A DNA stretch of 54,080 nt from an uncultured Bacilli bacterium (GTDB lineage: Bacteria; Bacillota_I; Bacilli_A; RF39; UBA660), in the NCBI GenBank assembly GCA_947626445.1, contig CANQSC010000001.1, positions 1 to 54,080 of the forward strand. The letters are read 5' to 3'. The translations under genes were made by a program, and so were the position numbers. Numbering within the stretch: position 1 is the stretch's first letter; every line of letters starts with the position of its first letter. A model generated the notes under the pieces. It was not told where the DNA came from, made no database searches, and saw only the letters and a list, made by a program, of their open reading frames with translations. This document shows positions 29,501 through 38,530 of the stretch, one piece after another.

Positions 29501-31999
29501 ATATAAACTGTTATTTTCATCATCATCTAAGTCATAATTAACAACAATTTTTAAATTATGTTCAACAAATTCACTTAAATTTAATTCTTCAAAAGATGTT
29601 GTTAAATTATCTTTATTAATACTTATTTTTTTATTATCATCATTATCAATAATAATTTCACCACTTACAAAACTTTCTAAATGACTAATTTCATAAGTAA
29701 CATTTAAATTAACTGTATCAATAACAATATTACTAATCTCTGGAATATTTTTTAAAGTATAAATTTCAATTTTCTTATCACTTACTTCAATTTGTTCTTT
29801 GCTATAATTAATATTCTCAATATTGAAACTATTAATACCATATGTACTAGTTGAATTTAAAGTTATCTCATATTTGTCATCACTTAATTTTGTAGCTGGA
29901 ACTTCTTTTCCATCAATTGTAAAGCTTACAACATCTTCTAAGGTATTATCTGATACATCTATTGTAACTTTAAAATCACTACTATTAGTAATATATTTTT
30001 CATTACTAATATCTACTATTTCACTTTTAATAGGAACGTTTAAAGTTTCAACACTTACTTTATTCTTTTCTAAAATAACTTCATCGCCTAAATCATAACT
30101 TACAACTATTTTAACTTGATAATTACCAGCATCAATAACATCAAAATCTACTTCTCTAACTGTCTTGTCTAATTCTTTAGTTGATAATGTATTTCCTTCT
30201 TTTATTAAAATCGCTTTAATACTTGTAACAGTATCATCAATATCATTAATTTCAAAACGACTAGTTATTTTATTAGCATTTATACTAGTTTCTAATTTCG
30301 TAATTGTAGGTTCATCCTTTAAATAAACATAAGTTAAAGTTTGCCCTACTTCAAAAGAAGCATCATTTTCTAAAATAACTTTTTCAAAATTAACATAATT
30401 TAAGCCTTTATCTTTTTTATTTAATACAACTAGATAAGTATTGCCTTTCTTAGTAACTTCATGTTCTTCACCATCAATTATAACTTTTTTAACATCATAA
30501 TAAGATGCATAATCATTTTCAAAAGTTAATACTACTTGTTCATTTTCTTTAACTTTATCAGTAATATTTACATTTTTAGCTCTAAAATTATAATCTCTTG
30601 TAAAGGTAAAATCTTTTTCTTCTAATTCGTTACCTTCATTAATATCTCCTGTAATATCATTATAATAATCACTATCTAAATCATAAGAAATATTAATATT
30701 AACATGATATTTACTATTATCACTAAATTCTATTGGAATAATATTTTCTCCTACTTTAATAGCTTTTTCATAAATTACTTTACCTTCTTCATTAGTAATT
30801 TTAATAACACCTTTAATAAAAGCGTTATCATTATCAATTACTTTAAAACTAACTTCCGGTACTTCTTTTTGATTATTAATTTTAAAATCACTTATAGTTG
30901 GTTTAGCTTTTAAACCTTCAATTGTTATTTTCATATTAGAAGATACAACTAAATTATTATCTAATATTAAATCAGTAATTGTAAGTTCATTTAATCCCGC
31001 TTTAACAGGCGCTACAAAAAGCTCATATTTATTATTAGCTATTTTTTTAACTGGATATTTAGTATTATTTATAACTACATAAGCTACATTAGCATTTTGA
31101 TTATTATCTATCGTAAGTTCTATTCTTACTTTATCACCTGGATTTGAATAATAAGCCCTATAAGAAACATTATTAATCGCAACTTCAACAGGTGTTGGTT
31201 CTTCTTTATTAGGTGTATTAGGATTAGGTTTTAAAACACTACTAGGAGCATTAACATTTTCTTCATAAGTTGGATAATAATTATTATTTTGTTCATCACT
31301 AACAGATACTTGTTCACTATCTAATTCTTGATCTTCAGTTTTTTCTTCATCATCTTTATTATCTTCTTCATCTTCATATTTAATCTTATAATTAACAACT
31401 TTAGCAGATTTAACTATTTCATTATTTTCTTTACTAAATAAGATTAATATTTCTAAAGGAAGACAAATAATAGCCACGATAGCCCCAACAGTAATAAAGG
31501 CATTTTTCTTACTTCCTTCTTTATTAAAGGCACCATATAAAATAACTATTAAAGCTAAAACAATTAAAACAATCAATAAAGGTGAGATAAATGGATAATC
31601 TCTTTTAATATTAGCAAAAAAATCTTCACTTACTTCTTTATTTATAATAACTTCTTGTTCTACTTTATCATCTCCACTTTTTAAGATAATTGGTTCATAT
31701 TTACCATCTTTAACATCATTTTTTACTTTTAAAGTAATATTAAAACTCTTAGTATCAGAAACAATAAAAGTGTTACTATTAATACTTTGTTTAACATTAG
31801 TCTTAAAATTACTAGTACTTAATGTTTCAAAAATATTTGTATCATAACTTAATTCACCATTAGATACACTACCTAAATCAATATTATAGGTTACTGTACT
31901 TCCTGCTTTTAAATCAGCATTACTCACATTTTTAATGCTTAACGCATTAACATTGCTTATAAATAAGCAACTAATTAAAAATAACATAAACTTCTTCAT
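26555..31999 (-). CDS. Very large repetitive surface protein (about 1814 aa): signal peptide, two TM helices, acidic linker, many divergent Ig-like modules
   Basis: ORF track 26555..32032 trimmed to ATG 31999. MKKFMLFLISCLFISNVNA signal. TM pair LLIVLIVLALIVILYGAF / ITVGAIVAIICLPLEILILF. D/E-rich linker. Alternating modules (..YDLDxD.. and ..V.I(N/D)GK.Y.V..). Confidence 0.75.
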   Translation of the reverse strand: MKKFMLFLISCLFISNVNALSIKNVSNADLKAGSTVTYNIDLGSVSNGELSYDTNIFETLSTSNFKTNVKQSINSNTFIVSDTKSFNITLKVKNDVKDGKYEPIILKSGDDKVEQEVIINKEVSEDFFANIKRDYPFISPLLIVLIVLALIVILYGAFNKEGSKKNAFITVGAIVAIICLPLEILILFSKENNEIVKSAKVVNYKIKYEDEEDNKDDEEKTEDQELDSEQVSVSDEQNNNYYPTYEENVNAPSSVLKPNPNTPNKEEPTPVEVAINNVSYRAYYSNPGDKVRIELTIDNNQNANVAYVVINNTKYPVKKIANNKYELFVAPVKAGLNELTITDLILDNNLVVSSNMKITIEGLKAKPTISDFKINNQKEVPEVSFKVIDNDNAFIKGVIKITNEEGKVIYEKAIKVGENIIPIEFSDNSKYHVNINISYDLDSDYYNDITGDINEGNELEEKDFTFTRDYNFRAKNVNITDKVKENEQVVLTFENDYASYYDVKKVIIDGEEHEVTKKGNTYLVVLNKKDKGLNYVNFEKVILENDASFEVGQTLTYVYLKDEPTITKLETSINANKITSRFEINDIDDTVTSIKAILIKEGNTLSTKELDKTVREVDFDVIDAGNYQVKIVVSYDLGDEVILEKNKVSVETLNVPIKSEIVDISNEKYITNSSDFKVTIDVSDNTLEDVVSFTIDGKEVPATKLSDDKYEITLNSTSTYGINSFNIENINYSKEQIEVSDKKIEIYTLKNIPEISNIVIDTVNLNVTYEISHLESFVSGEIIIDNDDNKKISINKDNLTTSFEELNLSEFVEHNLKIVVNYDLDDDENNSLYNDTISKEETFEIKNNYNLTLTNLHVYEVTIDTIMLTFESTNASNDKYVINKVVLNGKTYEVEYDGNGNYRLNIPVSDVREADNREVLLNITEVILDDGHREEVVDAKTTVFEDLPTASIINAEILDSKNIKVSYTTDSKDLDVTYHARMIGEDNSLYEIKDMDVSGGEVTFTNTNDFKNQKYTIVITATFDAKDHIDYEDYIISNSYETTVPIYVTINSLDDETIYAEKDSSVSLKYSVVDNTDKQIVSVKFKDIEGEYPTTMENDNLTVSVKVSNEYGEKTYQITSVKYQDETNYLDVNDNSVKVYVLKDVPSVSDFKFDDLNNKITFKFNNPDEVSLKDAKITISKDGEIKEVDLNDDNEITLDSSYTNGEYVVSLRGTYDLGDGKEFLLNKLLEETINVITDYQLEFKLDSFTVQNKVSVTINFTSTNASSHKISKVTVNDVDYNVNGNSVVVPYDHSDEASPKTFTITKATLDNTKELSLTEEISFDTYLKAPIATMNEITNTSNNTISANYSITGKAENIVANLMVKELYSEEYVVLETKEVKELNGTVLFNKADDIYNAGDYKIELFADFDLVDGLEHKEVNITKEEKTTNVPIVIKNVTSTVSSGDFSPSAHYPTKGASVTLTYTVKANTEASFNKADITTYNNVTDLKNLPSGSAETISGIVSGKIYKKASDNPGVIAYKINAVYYNDVKYDISESLQNSSIQYVDVVKDEIDFKNVVYTDKYHDDKSVEIDFEIADNDNVLESCENNNCYVELRPVSSAKQPLGKNITNGEEGELTKAVPFKKGVRNKVVFRDLDDMQLYMFVINAKYDIDSNLLNDLYGEKNNELHSDRHHTFYFISKPVDITLSELKVLTTAGVETSNLKVNENYKLSFKAELLGDKQGTNAKIKNVSIDGTKYDVIETDDKYITNVIPSKFTNASVPERTIYINGVTLLLEDGTEEYIYIHKNLPSVKVNIVEDNPLSIFMLPTKIDFF

Positions 32000-32100
32000 A
32001 TATACCGCTCTTTCTAAATAAAATTCTATCATTAAATAATATTTTTGGCAATTAAAATTAGAAGGAAAATATTGTTAAAAAAAACAACATCGCGTTGCTT

Positions 32101-32688
32101 TTATAAATATTCTAAAATCCCAATATTTTTTTCTAATTTACTTACTAAATCTTCTTGGTCATATTTATTAAATATTCCTTCAAAACTACTTGCATCCATT
32201 AAAAATAATTCATAATAAGCTTTAAATATTTCTTGATAATTATTTAATCCTAATTTAATTAAATATTCAATATTAGCACTTACAACTTTTTTATTTTCAT
32301 TTAAAGCTTTTAACATCGCATAAGGAATACTTTCGAATATTTCACTTGTATTAAAATCATATTTATTTAAAAAATCAAGATTAACATCATCCGTATAATT
32401 AATTTCATATTTTCTTAAAGCTTTAGTTAATTCTTCTGGATTATTTTGAAATTCATTTATATCTTCAGGACTTAACTTTTCCCAAAATTCTTCAATTAAT
32501 TTGCCAAAAGCCCCTAATTTAGGAACAGCCATATTAGGACTAATACGATTTATTACAGCAAAGTTAGCAATATCATATTCTTCATCTAAAACTTTACTAT
32601 TTAAATAAACAATTAATTTTTGTGAATCAGTTAAAGATGAACCTAATGTTTCTTCTAAAAGTGAAATAGTCTTATTATAATAATTCAT
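32101..32688 (-). CDS. Hypothetical protein (195 aa)
   Basis: ORF track; ATG 32688 with AGGAGG SD; follows 32701..33813. Confidence 0.6.
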   Translation of the reverse strand: MNYYNKTISLLEETLGSSLTDSQKLIVYLNSKVLDEEYDIANFAVINRISPNMAVPKLGAFGKLIEEFWEKLSPEDINEFQNNPEELTKALRKYEINYTDDVNLDFLNKYDFNTSEIFESIPYAMLKALNENKKVVSANIEYLIKLGLNNYQEIFKAYYELFLMDASSFEGIFNKYDQEDLVSKLEKNIGILEYL

Positions 32689-32700
32689 CACACTAACCTC

Positions 32701-33813
32701 CTAATAAGCCATTAATGGAATGTTTTTAGCATCCATACCACTAGCTTTAAATTGTTTAATTACATTACTTAATTCTTCTTTATTATATTTAACTAAAACA
32801 CTTGGATTTAAATAGATATCGATAGTTTCTTTACCAACATTCACTAATAAATCAATTTTATCTTTTAATTCTTTATCATATAACATTTCAACATGATTCA
32901 TAAAAATATCTTTTTCAATATTTTTATCAACAATATAATTTACATTACTTATAATTGTTTCTTTATCAAAATTATCCATTAATTTATTTATTTCATCACT
33001 AGTAAAATCTAAATAATCAATACCTACGCTTTTTAATGTTTCAATAACAACAGTTGTTTTATCTTCTTTTACTACGGGTTCTTCTGGTTCTTCTTCAACA
33101 ACTTTTTCATGTACAGGACTTTCTTCTTCACTTATATTTTTAGCTTCTTGAATAACTTCTGAAATACTCTTTCCAGCTTTATCTTTCATTTTAATTTTAT
33201 CATTATACGCGAATAAAGCATCTTCAGGGAACATTAAGATTTTAGCTGCTTCTCTTTGTTCTTCTTCAGTAAAATGAAATTCGGCTAATAAACTAGTAAT
33301 TGAATCTCTAGTAATATTAATAGTCCCAGATAAAGCAAGTTCAATATATTCGTTTAATTTTTCTTGATTAGCTAAAGCCGTATCTTTTCTAATACCTAAT
33401 TCTTCAATAGTCGTAATAGCTCTATTCATTTCATCTTCAACTTTAACTAATTCTTCTTCATTTTCACGAGTATTTTTTTCAACCATATCAATTGTCTTAG
33501 GAAGATTTTCATTTAATTTATCTAATAATCCTTCAGGATCAAAATCTAAATTTAAACGTTTTAAAACAGTATCATAATCATCACGATTAATACCTTTTAA
33601 CATATTTTTAAATTTTTCTCCTTGATCTTCTAATTCTTCTCTTTGTAATTTTAAATCTTCAATTTCTTTTTGTAATATTGCTTTTTGTTCAGTAGTTTTT
33701 TCTTTAGTTTCTTCAGCAGCGGTTTTTTGTTCATCCATTTCTTTTAAAATACTACTATCTTTACCACGCAAATTATAAAGTTTATCTAATAAACTTTCGG
33801 TTCTAACAGCCAT
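32701..33813 (-). CDS. Hypothetical coiled-coil protein (370 aa)
   Basis: ORF track; E/K-rich heptad-like N-terminal half; AGGGAG SD. Confidence 0.6.
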   Translation of the reverse strand: MAVRTESLLDKLYNLRGKDSSILKEMDEQKTAAEETKEKTTEQKAILQKEIEDLKLQREELEDQGEKFKNMLKGINRDDYDTVLKRLNLDFDPEGLLDKLNENLPKTIDMVEKNTRENEEELVKVEDEMNRAITTIEELGIRKDTALANQEKLNEYIELALSGTINITRDSITSLLAEFHFTEEEQREAAKILMFPEDALFAYNDKIKMKDKAGKSISEVIQEAKNISEEESPVHEKVVEEEPEEPVVKEDKTTVVIETLKSVGIDYLDFTSDEINKLMDNFDKETIISNVNYIVDKNIEKDIFMNHVEMLYDKELKDKIDLLVNVGKETIDIYLNPSVLVKYNKEELSNVIKQFKASGMDAKNIPLMAY

Positions 33814-33932
33814 TTCTAGTCACTCCCTTTATTATGTCTAAATTATAGCAAAGGTTTTGGGTTTTGTAAACTAAAATCACTTAAATTACTTTTTAGAATA
33901 TAATAACATGAAACAAAAAAGGAGGAATTTGT

Positions 33933-34372
33933 TTGAAAAAAATTATTATTGGTATTATAGCAATTGTAATTATTGGAATTGCAATTACTATTGGATGCCT
34001 AGTAGGAAAAAAAGATAAAGAAGAAACAACTAAATTAGAAAAAATTAAACTTGCCGAAGTAACTCATAGTCCTTTTTATGCTCCACTTTATGTGGCTATT
34101 GAAAATGGATACTTTAAAGAACAAGGTTTAGAAGTGGAATTAATACTTACACCTGGAGCCGATAAAGTCGCAACAAGTGTTATATCAGGAGATACCCAAA
34201 TAGGTTTTGCCGGACCTGAAAGCGCTATTTATGTATACGAAGGAAATGAAGAAGATTATCTAGTAACTTTTGCTGGACTTACAAAAAGAGATGGACAATT
34301 TATTGTATCAAGAAATAAAGACTTTAAATTAGAAGACTTGTATGATAAAGAAGTTTTAGTTGGACGTCTTGG
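33933..34372 (+). pseudogene. 5' fragment of ABC substrate-binding protein gene (NMT1/SsuA-like), interrupted by the mobile element
   Basis: TTG start with AGGAGG SD; signal/anchor IIGIIAIVIIGIAITIGC; SPFYAPLYVAIENGYFKEQGLEV. The reading frame runs into element DNA and stops at 34385. Confidence 0.75.
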
Positions 34373-34376
34373 ACTT

Positions 34377-34463
34377 CGGCTATAAAACTTAGAATAAAAA
34401 ATGATTAAAAAAAATATTCTAATTTTTTAAGCCGATAAGCCCCTCGGTTATTAAACTTATAAT
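34377..34463. repeat. Three copies (forward, reverse, forward) of a 19-nt motif CGGnnATAAAACTTAnAAT at the left element end
   Basis: 34377-34395 cggctataaaacttagaat; 34416-34434 is the reverse complement of cggcttaaaaaattagaat; 34445-34463 cggttattaaacttataat. Confidence 0.7.
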
Positions 34464-34464
34464 A

Positions 34465-36027
34465 TTATGCTACCTTAAACTTATAATGTATTTCTATTGT
34501 TTTATTTTCACTAATTGTTATCTTATCAATTAAGTTAACTAATAGATTTCTACTTGGTTTTTCAAAAGATAAATAATCTTTAATTATTTTTAAGGTTTCT
34601 TCTTTTTCTTTATTACTATCTCTTTTATCAAAACAACTTAATTCCTTTTCCAATTCTTCTTTTTTTCCTTTAAATGTTTCGATTTCATCTTTATACTTAA
34701 TAGTTAAGCGATTAAACATTTCTATATCAATATTACCATTTAATTTATCTTCGTATATTTTATCAATATACATAAGGTTATTATTGATTTTTTTATCTAA
34801 AATACTAATCTCATTTTGCTTTTTAATTCTTATATCGTTTTTCTTCTTTGCTTCTTCTATCTTACTACTAAATGTTGAACTATCTACATATTCATTACAC
34901 ATCTTTTTAATTTCCTCTAATATAGCAGTTTCTAATTTATAATAATTACAACTATGTGGAGTACATAAACCATATTTACTATGTGATAAATAATAGGTGC
35001 AACAACAATATTTTCTTTTCCCGTCGCTACTTTTATTTATACCAATAGCGTGACCACACTCTTTGCAATACATAAAACCTGATAATAATACAAGATTTTT
35101 ACTATTCTCTTTGTTCTTATTCTTTTTTAATAAATCTTGTACTGTATAGAATGTATCTTTATCTATTATTGGCTCGTGGGTATTTGGAGTAATAATCCAA
35201 TCTTCCTTTGGTGTTCTAATTTCCTTTTTAGATTTGTAATTTAATTTTTTTCTTCTTCCTTGGGTTAAATTACCAATATATGTTTCATTTGTAAGCATTT
35301 CTTCGATAGTTCGAGGACACCATAATTCATAGGCTGTTGATTTCATACCTCTATTTAAGTTTGCATATATGCTGGGGGTGGGAATATGCTCATCGGAAAA
35401 AATATTTGCTATTTGTCTTGGACTTTTTCCCTCTAAAACTAAATTAAACATTCTTTCAATAATAGGTCTTACATTTTCATCAACTATCAATTTATGTTTG
35501 TCATTAGGGTCTTTGATATAACCATAAACTGCTTTCCAACCTAAAAATTGTCCTTGTTCCTTTTTTGCTTTTACAACTTTTCTAATTTTTTTTGATGTAT
35601 CTTTTAAATAATAATCATTAAATACTAACTTAAATTGTAAAAACTCTAAGCCAGGTGTTTCGTATAATGTATCTATATCATCATTTATAGCAATATATCT
35701 TATACCTTTCTCGGGGAATATTCTTTCGATATATTCCCCCATTGAGATATAATCTCTTCCCATACGAGATAAATCTTTCGTAATTATTGTATTAACTTTT
35801 CCTTTTTCTATATCAGTTAATAGTCTTTTCCAAGAAGGTCTATCAAAATTAGAACCTGTAAAACCGTCATCAACATATTCATCAACATAACAAAGTTTTT
35901 CTTTTGTTCTCTCTAAAAACAAATGAATTAAGTCTCTTTGATTAGTGATACTTTCACTTTCCATATTATCGCCATCTTCTCTCGATAGTCTTATGTAAAG
36001 TGCTACATTAAATGTTTTACCTTTCAT
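34465..36027 (-). CDS. Large serine recombinase (integrase)
   Basis: ORF track 34465..36060 trimmed to ATG 36027 (AGGAGA SD). Resolvase catalytic motif VALYIRLSREDGD, recombinase domain, zinc-ribbon CKECGH.., C-terminal coiled coil. Confidence 0.85.
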   Translation of the reverse strand: MKGKTFNVALYIRLSREDGDNMESESITNQRDLIHLFLERTKEKLCYVDEYVDDGFTGSNFDRPSWKRLLTDIEKGKVNTIITKDLSRMGRDYISMGEYIERIFPEKGIRYIAINDDIDTLYETPGLEFLQFKLVFNDYYLKDTSKKIRKVVKAKKEQGQFLGWKAVYGYIKDPNDKHKLIVDENVRPIIERMFNLVLEGKSPRQIANIFSDEHIPTPSIYANLNRGMKSTAYELWCPRTIEEMLTNETYIGNLTQGRRKKLNYKSKKEIRTPKEDWIITPNTHEPIIDKDTFYTVQDLLKKNKNKENSKNLVLLSGFMYCKECGHAIGINKSSDGKRKYCCCTYYLSHSKYGLCTPHSCNYYKLETAILEEIKKMCNEYVDSSTFSSKIEEAKKKNDIRIKKQNEISILDKKINNNLMYIDKIYEDKLNGNIDIEMFNRLTIKYKDEIETFKGKKEELEKELSCFDKRDSNKEKEETLKIIKDYLSFEKPSRNLLVNLIDKITISENKTIEIHYKFKVA

Positions 36028-36229
36028 AATCTCTCCTTTCTTGGTAAAACACATTAACAAATATATTATAAGATTATTTTTTCAAAAAGCCAAATTCTAA
36101 GCAATAATCTATTAAAAACTTTTCTATTATTTGTTGTAATGTTTTGCCATTTTCATCAAAAATATTAACTATTTTCATAAGCAACACCTATTAAAACTTA
36201 TGTTATTTGAGTGTTTAAAATGATATAGA

Positions 36230-36520
36230 TTAAAATGGTGCTTCTGTCTTTTTTATTTCTTCATTTAAGTTAGTAATATTCTTTAATGTTATATCTAATA
36301 AAGTTTCAATACTAACTATCATATTACAAAAATCACTTAACTCACTTTCCGATTTTTTTAGGTAATAATAAGTATCAGTATTTCGTTGTTCCATTTTTTC
36401 TAACTCTAAAAACAAACTATTACTAATGACTTTGATAGAGTTTATTTTCTTATTGAAAATAGGAATTGATTTTGACATACTTAAATCACTTATTATATTT
36501 TTTAACTCCTTATTTACCAT
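36230..36520 (-). CDS. Hypothetical small helical protein (96 aa)
   Basis: ORF track; starts 2 nt after the stop of the upstream gene. Confidence 0.5.
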   Translation of the reverse strand: MVNKELKNIISDLSMSKSIPIFNKKINSIKVISNSLFLELEKMEQRNTDTYYYLKKSESELSDFCNMIVSIETLLDITLKNITNLNEEIKKTEAPF

Positions 36521-36522
36521 TG

Positions 36523-36984
36523 TTATTCGCTCCTTTTATCGCTATATTTAACTTGTCCTTGCCGATAATAAACTTTATTTTGCTTTAGTTCTTTTTTATC
36601 TTTAACATTTATAAAACAAGTACTATCGAGCAAAACATCTTCGCCAATTATTCCTTGGTTAATTGTTTCTATAACACATAAAGCATCTTTCAAAAAGAAA
36701 TAAATAGCATTTAAAGAATTATCTTCTGTTGCTATATCGTTAATATCGCATACTATTAGTTTTTCAAAGTAATATTCATTTTCAAATTGTTTTAAAAAAC
36801 ATCTCATATTATCGGAAAAACAATCTTCATTACTATATAAAGTATCGTAAAACACTTTTACTATATTATAGTTTTTTTCTTTGCAATATCTTTTTAATAT
36901 TTCTTCCTTGGCTTGTTTTTCTTTTTCGTTTCCCTCATTATAAGCAATATAAATACCTACATCAAAACATTTTTTATTTTTCAT
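36523..36984 (-). CDS. Hypothetical protein with resolvase-N-terminal-domain-like strand/helix pattern but no catalytic Ser motif
   Basis: VGIYIAY..EEILKRYCKEKNYNIVKVFYD..KLIVCDINDI..CVIETINQG parallels the resolvase catalytic-domain layout. Paralogous to 36974..37366. Confidence 0.45.
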   Translation of the reverse strand: MKNKKCFDVGIYIAYNEGNEKEKQAKEEILKRYCKEKNYNIVKVFYDTLYSNEDCFSDNMRCFLKQFENEYYFEKLIVCDINDIATEDNSLNAIYFFLKDALCVIETINQGIIGEDVLLDSTCFINVKDKKELKQNKVYYRQGQVKYSDKRSE

Positions 36985-37366
36985 TTTCTATTCCTCCTCG
37001 TATAAAATAATTTTTATCAAAACAACCTTGTTTCACACTTTCAATTTTTACATTATGAAATTTTAATAAAAATTGTAAATGTCTATTATCATAGAAGAAA
37101 TCTCTAATATCAAATACTATAATTTTAATACAACCATATGAATTATATATTCTCTTTAAATCTTCAATAACTATGTTAGGGTCATATCTATTAAAGTCAT
37201 ATCTAAAACATCTAATTGCTTTTTCTATTTTGTAATTTTGTTCTTTACAATATTTAATCATTTCCTTTTCTTCCATTGTTTTTTGTTTCCAATTTTTTAA
37301 TTTTTTTCTTCCCACCTCATCATTATCGTATAGTGAGTAAACAATAACTTTTTCCATTTTAATCAT
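36974..37366 (-). CDS. Hypothetical protein, paralog of 36523..36984 (resolvase-fold-like, no Ser motif)
   Basis: VIVYSLY..EMIKYCKEQNYKIEKAIRC..IKIIVFDIRDF..VKIESVKQG. Overlaps the next gene by 11 nt. Start is ATG 37366 or 37357. Confidence 0.45.
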   Translation of the reverse strand: MIKMEKVIVYSLYDNDEVGRKKLKNWKQKTMEEKEMIKYCKEQNYKIEKAIRCFRYDFNRYDPNIVIEDLKRIYNSYGCIKIIVFDIRDFFYDNRHLQFLLKFHNVKIESVKQGCFDKNYFIRGGIENEK

Positions 37367-37558
37367 CCTTTCATCTATAAATCGAAATCTTATTAAATGA
37401 TTATTTATAGGTGTTTTCCCCTCACTTTCTTAATCTTAATTTTTAATAAAAATCTCGATTGCATTTTGATTTTAACATCAAAATATGATAAAATTGGCAG
37501 TATGTGTGAATACACATTTTATATAAAAGTGTCTGACACATTAGAAATGGAGAATAAT

Positions 37559-38530
37559 ATGATTTTTAAATATTGTGAAATTGTTAATGCTAAATCTAAA
37601 AATCCATTAGAAAGTATTATTATAAATGACAAATATACTGCCGAACATTATTTTAATATTTATAATGAAAATAAAATTAAAGATAAAAATGAAAATAATG
37701 AAAATGACAAAAACATAAATGATGATGAGAATAGTGAAAATAATGAAAATAACAAAAGTAAAAAAGATAAAGAAGAACCAAAACTTATTTTAGATGTTAA
37801 TGAAGAATATCCCTTAAAACAATTATATGAATATGTAAGAACAATAACAAATGAAGAGTATATTACTATCAATAAAAGCAATTGGTTAAATTGTATGATT
37901 AGATTTGATATAAAAGTAAATGGTATGACTACATACATAATAAAAGGGAGAAATATTATTGAAGATAAAAATGGAAATATAACTATAACTTATTATGAAA
38001 ATGGAAAACCTAAAAGATTAACTTTTAATAAAAAAGAATATCTTAGACCAACGCGTAAATCACTATTTAAGATAGATAGTCAAGATACTAATAATCAAAA
38101 TGCAAATCAACTAATCTTATGTAAAGAGGGAAATTATGAAACTGATAGGCAACTTTTATATATGGTTTTAGACTGTCTATTTTCTTCTAATTATAATTTC
38201 TACATAAAGAAATGTGAAAGATGTGGCAATTATTACCTTACAGACAAAAGAAATAAACAATTTTGCAACAGAAAAAAAGTAGTATGTGGAAAAGATACTA
38301 CTTGTTGTAATGCATTAACTACTTTATACGAAAGCAAAGAATACAAAAAAATAACTCGTTTAGTAAAAAGATATATAGATAAATATTATAAAAACATAGC
38401 AAAATATCAAAAAGAAATAGATGAAATATATGAGAAAAAGAATATTATTTTAGATAGATGTAGGGAAAAACTTGATATAACTAATGAAGATATAAAAGAG
38501 TTGGAAAACTATCTATCTACATATCATTAA
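37559..38530 (+). CDS. Hypothetical protein (323 aa) with N/E/K-rich low-complexity region and C-terminal Cys cluster
   Basis: ORF track 37397..38530 trimmed to ATG 37559 (GGAG SD). CERCGNYY..FCNRKKVVCGKDTTCCN zinc-ribbon-like. The 3' end overlaps the convergent resolvase gene by 14 nt. Confidence 0.55.
   Translation: MIFKYCEIVNAKSKNPLESIIINDKYTAEHYFNIYNENKIKDKNENNENDKNINDDENSENNENNKSKKDKEEPKLILDVNEEYPLKQLYEYVRTITNEEYITINKSNWLNCMIRFDIKVNGMTTYIIKGRNIIEDKNGNITITYYENGKPKRLTFNKKEYLRPTRKSLFKIDSQDTNNQNANQLILCKEGNYETDRQLLYMVLDCLFSSNYNFYIKKCERCGNYYLTDKRNKQFCNRKKVVCGKDTTCCNALTTLYESKEYKKITRLVKRYIDKYYKNIAKYQKEIDEIYEKKNIILDRCREKLDITNEDIKELENYLSTYH

Noticed and set aside
27003-30913. Plus-strand ORFs 27003..27227, 29823..30098 and 30704..30913
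   Set aside because: They are antisense shadows within the 5.4-kb surface-protein gene.
10951-33813. Apparent shared helical module (..Y.ELF.. context) between the 107-aa protein, the 195-aa protein and the C-terminus of the 370-aa coiled-coil protein
   Set aside because: The similarity was judged by eye only and is low. In such biased composition it cannot be separated from chance without profile alignment.
37660-37938. Minus-strand ORF 37660..37938; also 40542..40799, 41669..41965 and 41971..42174
   Set aside because: They are antisense to better-supported genes, or they span a promoter region (41971..42174 overlaps the XRE gene start). Their composition is shadow-like.
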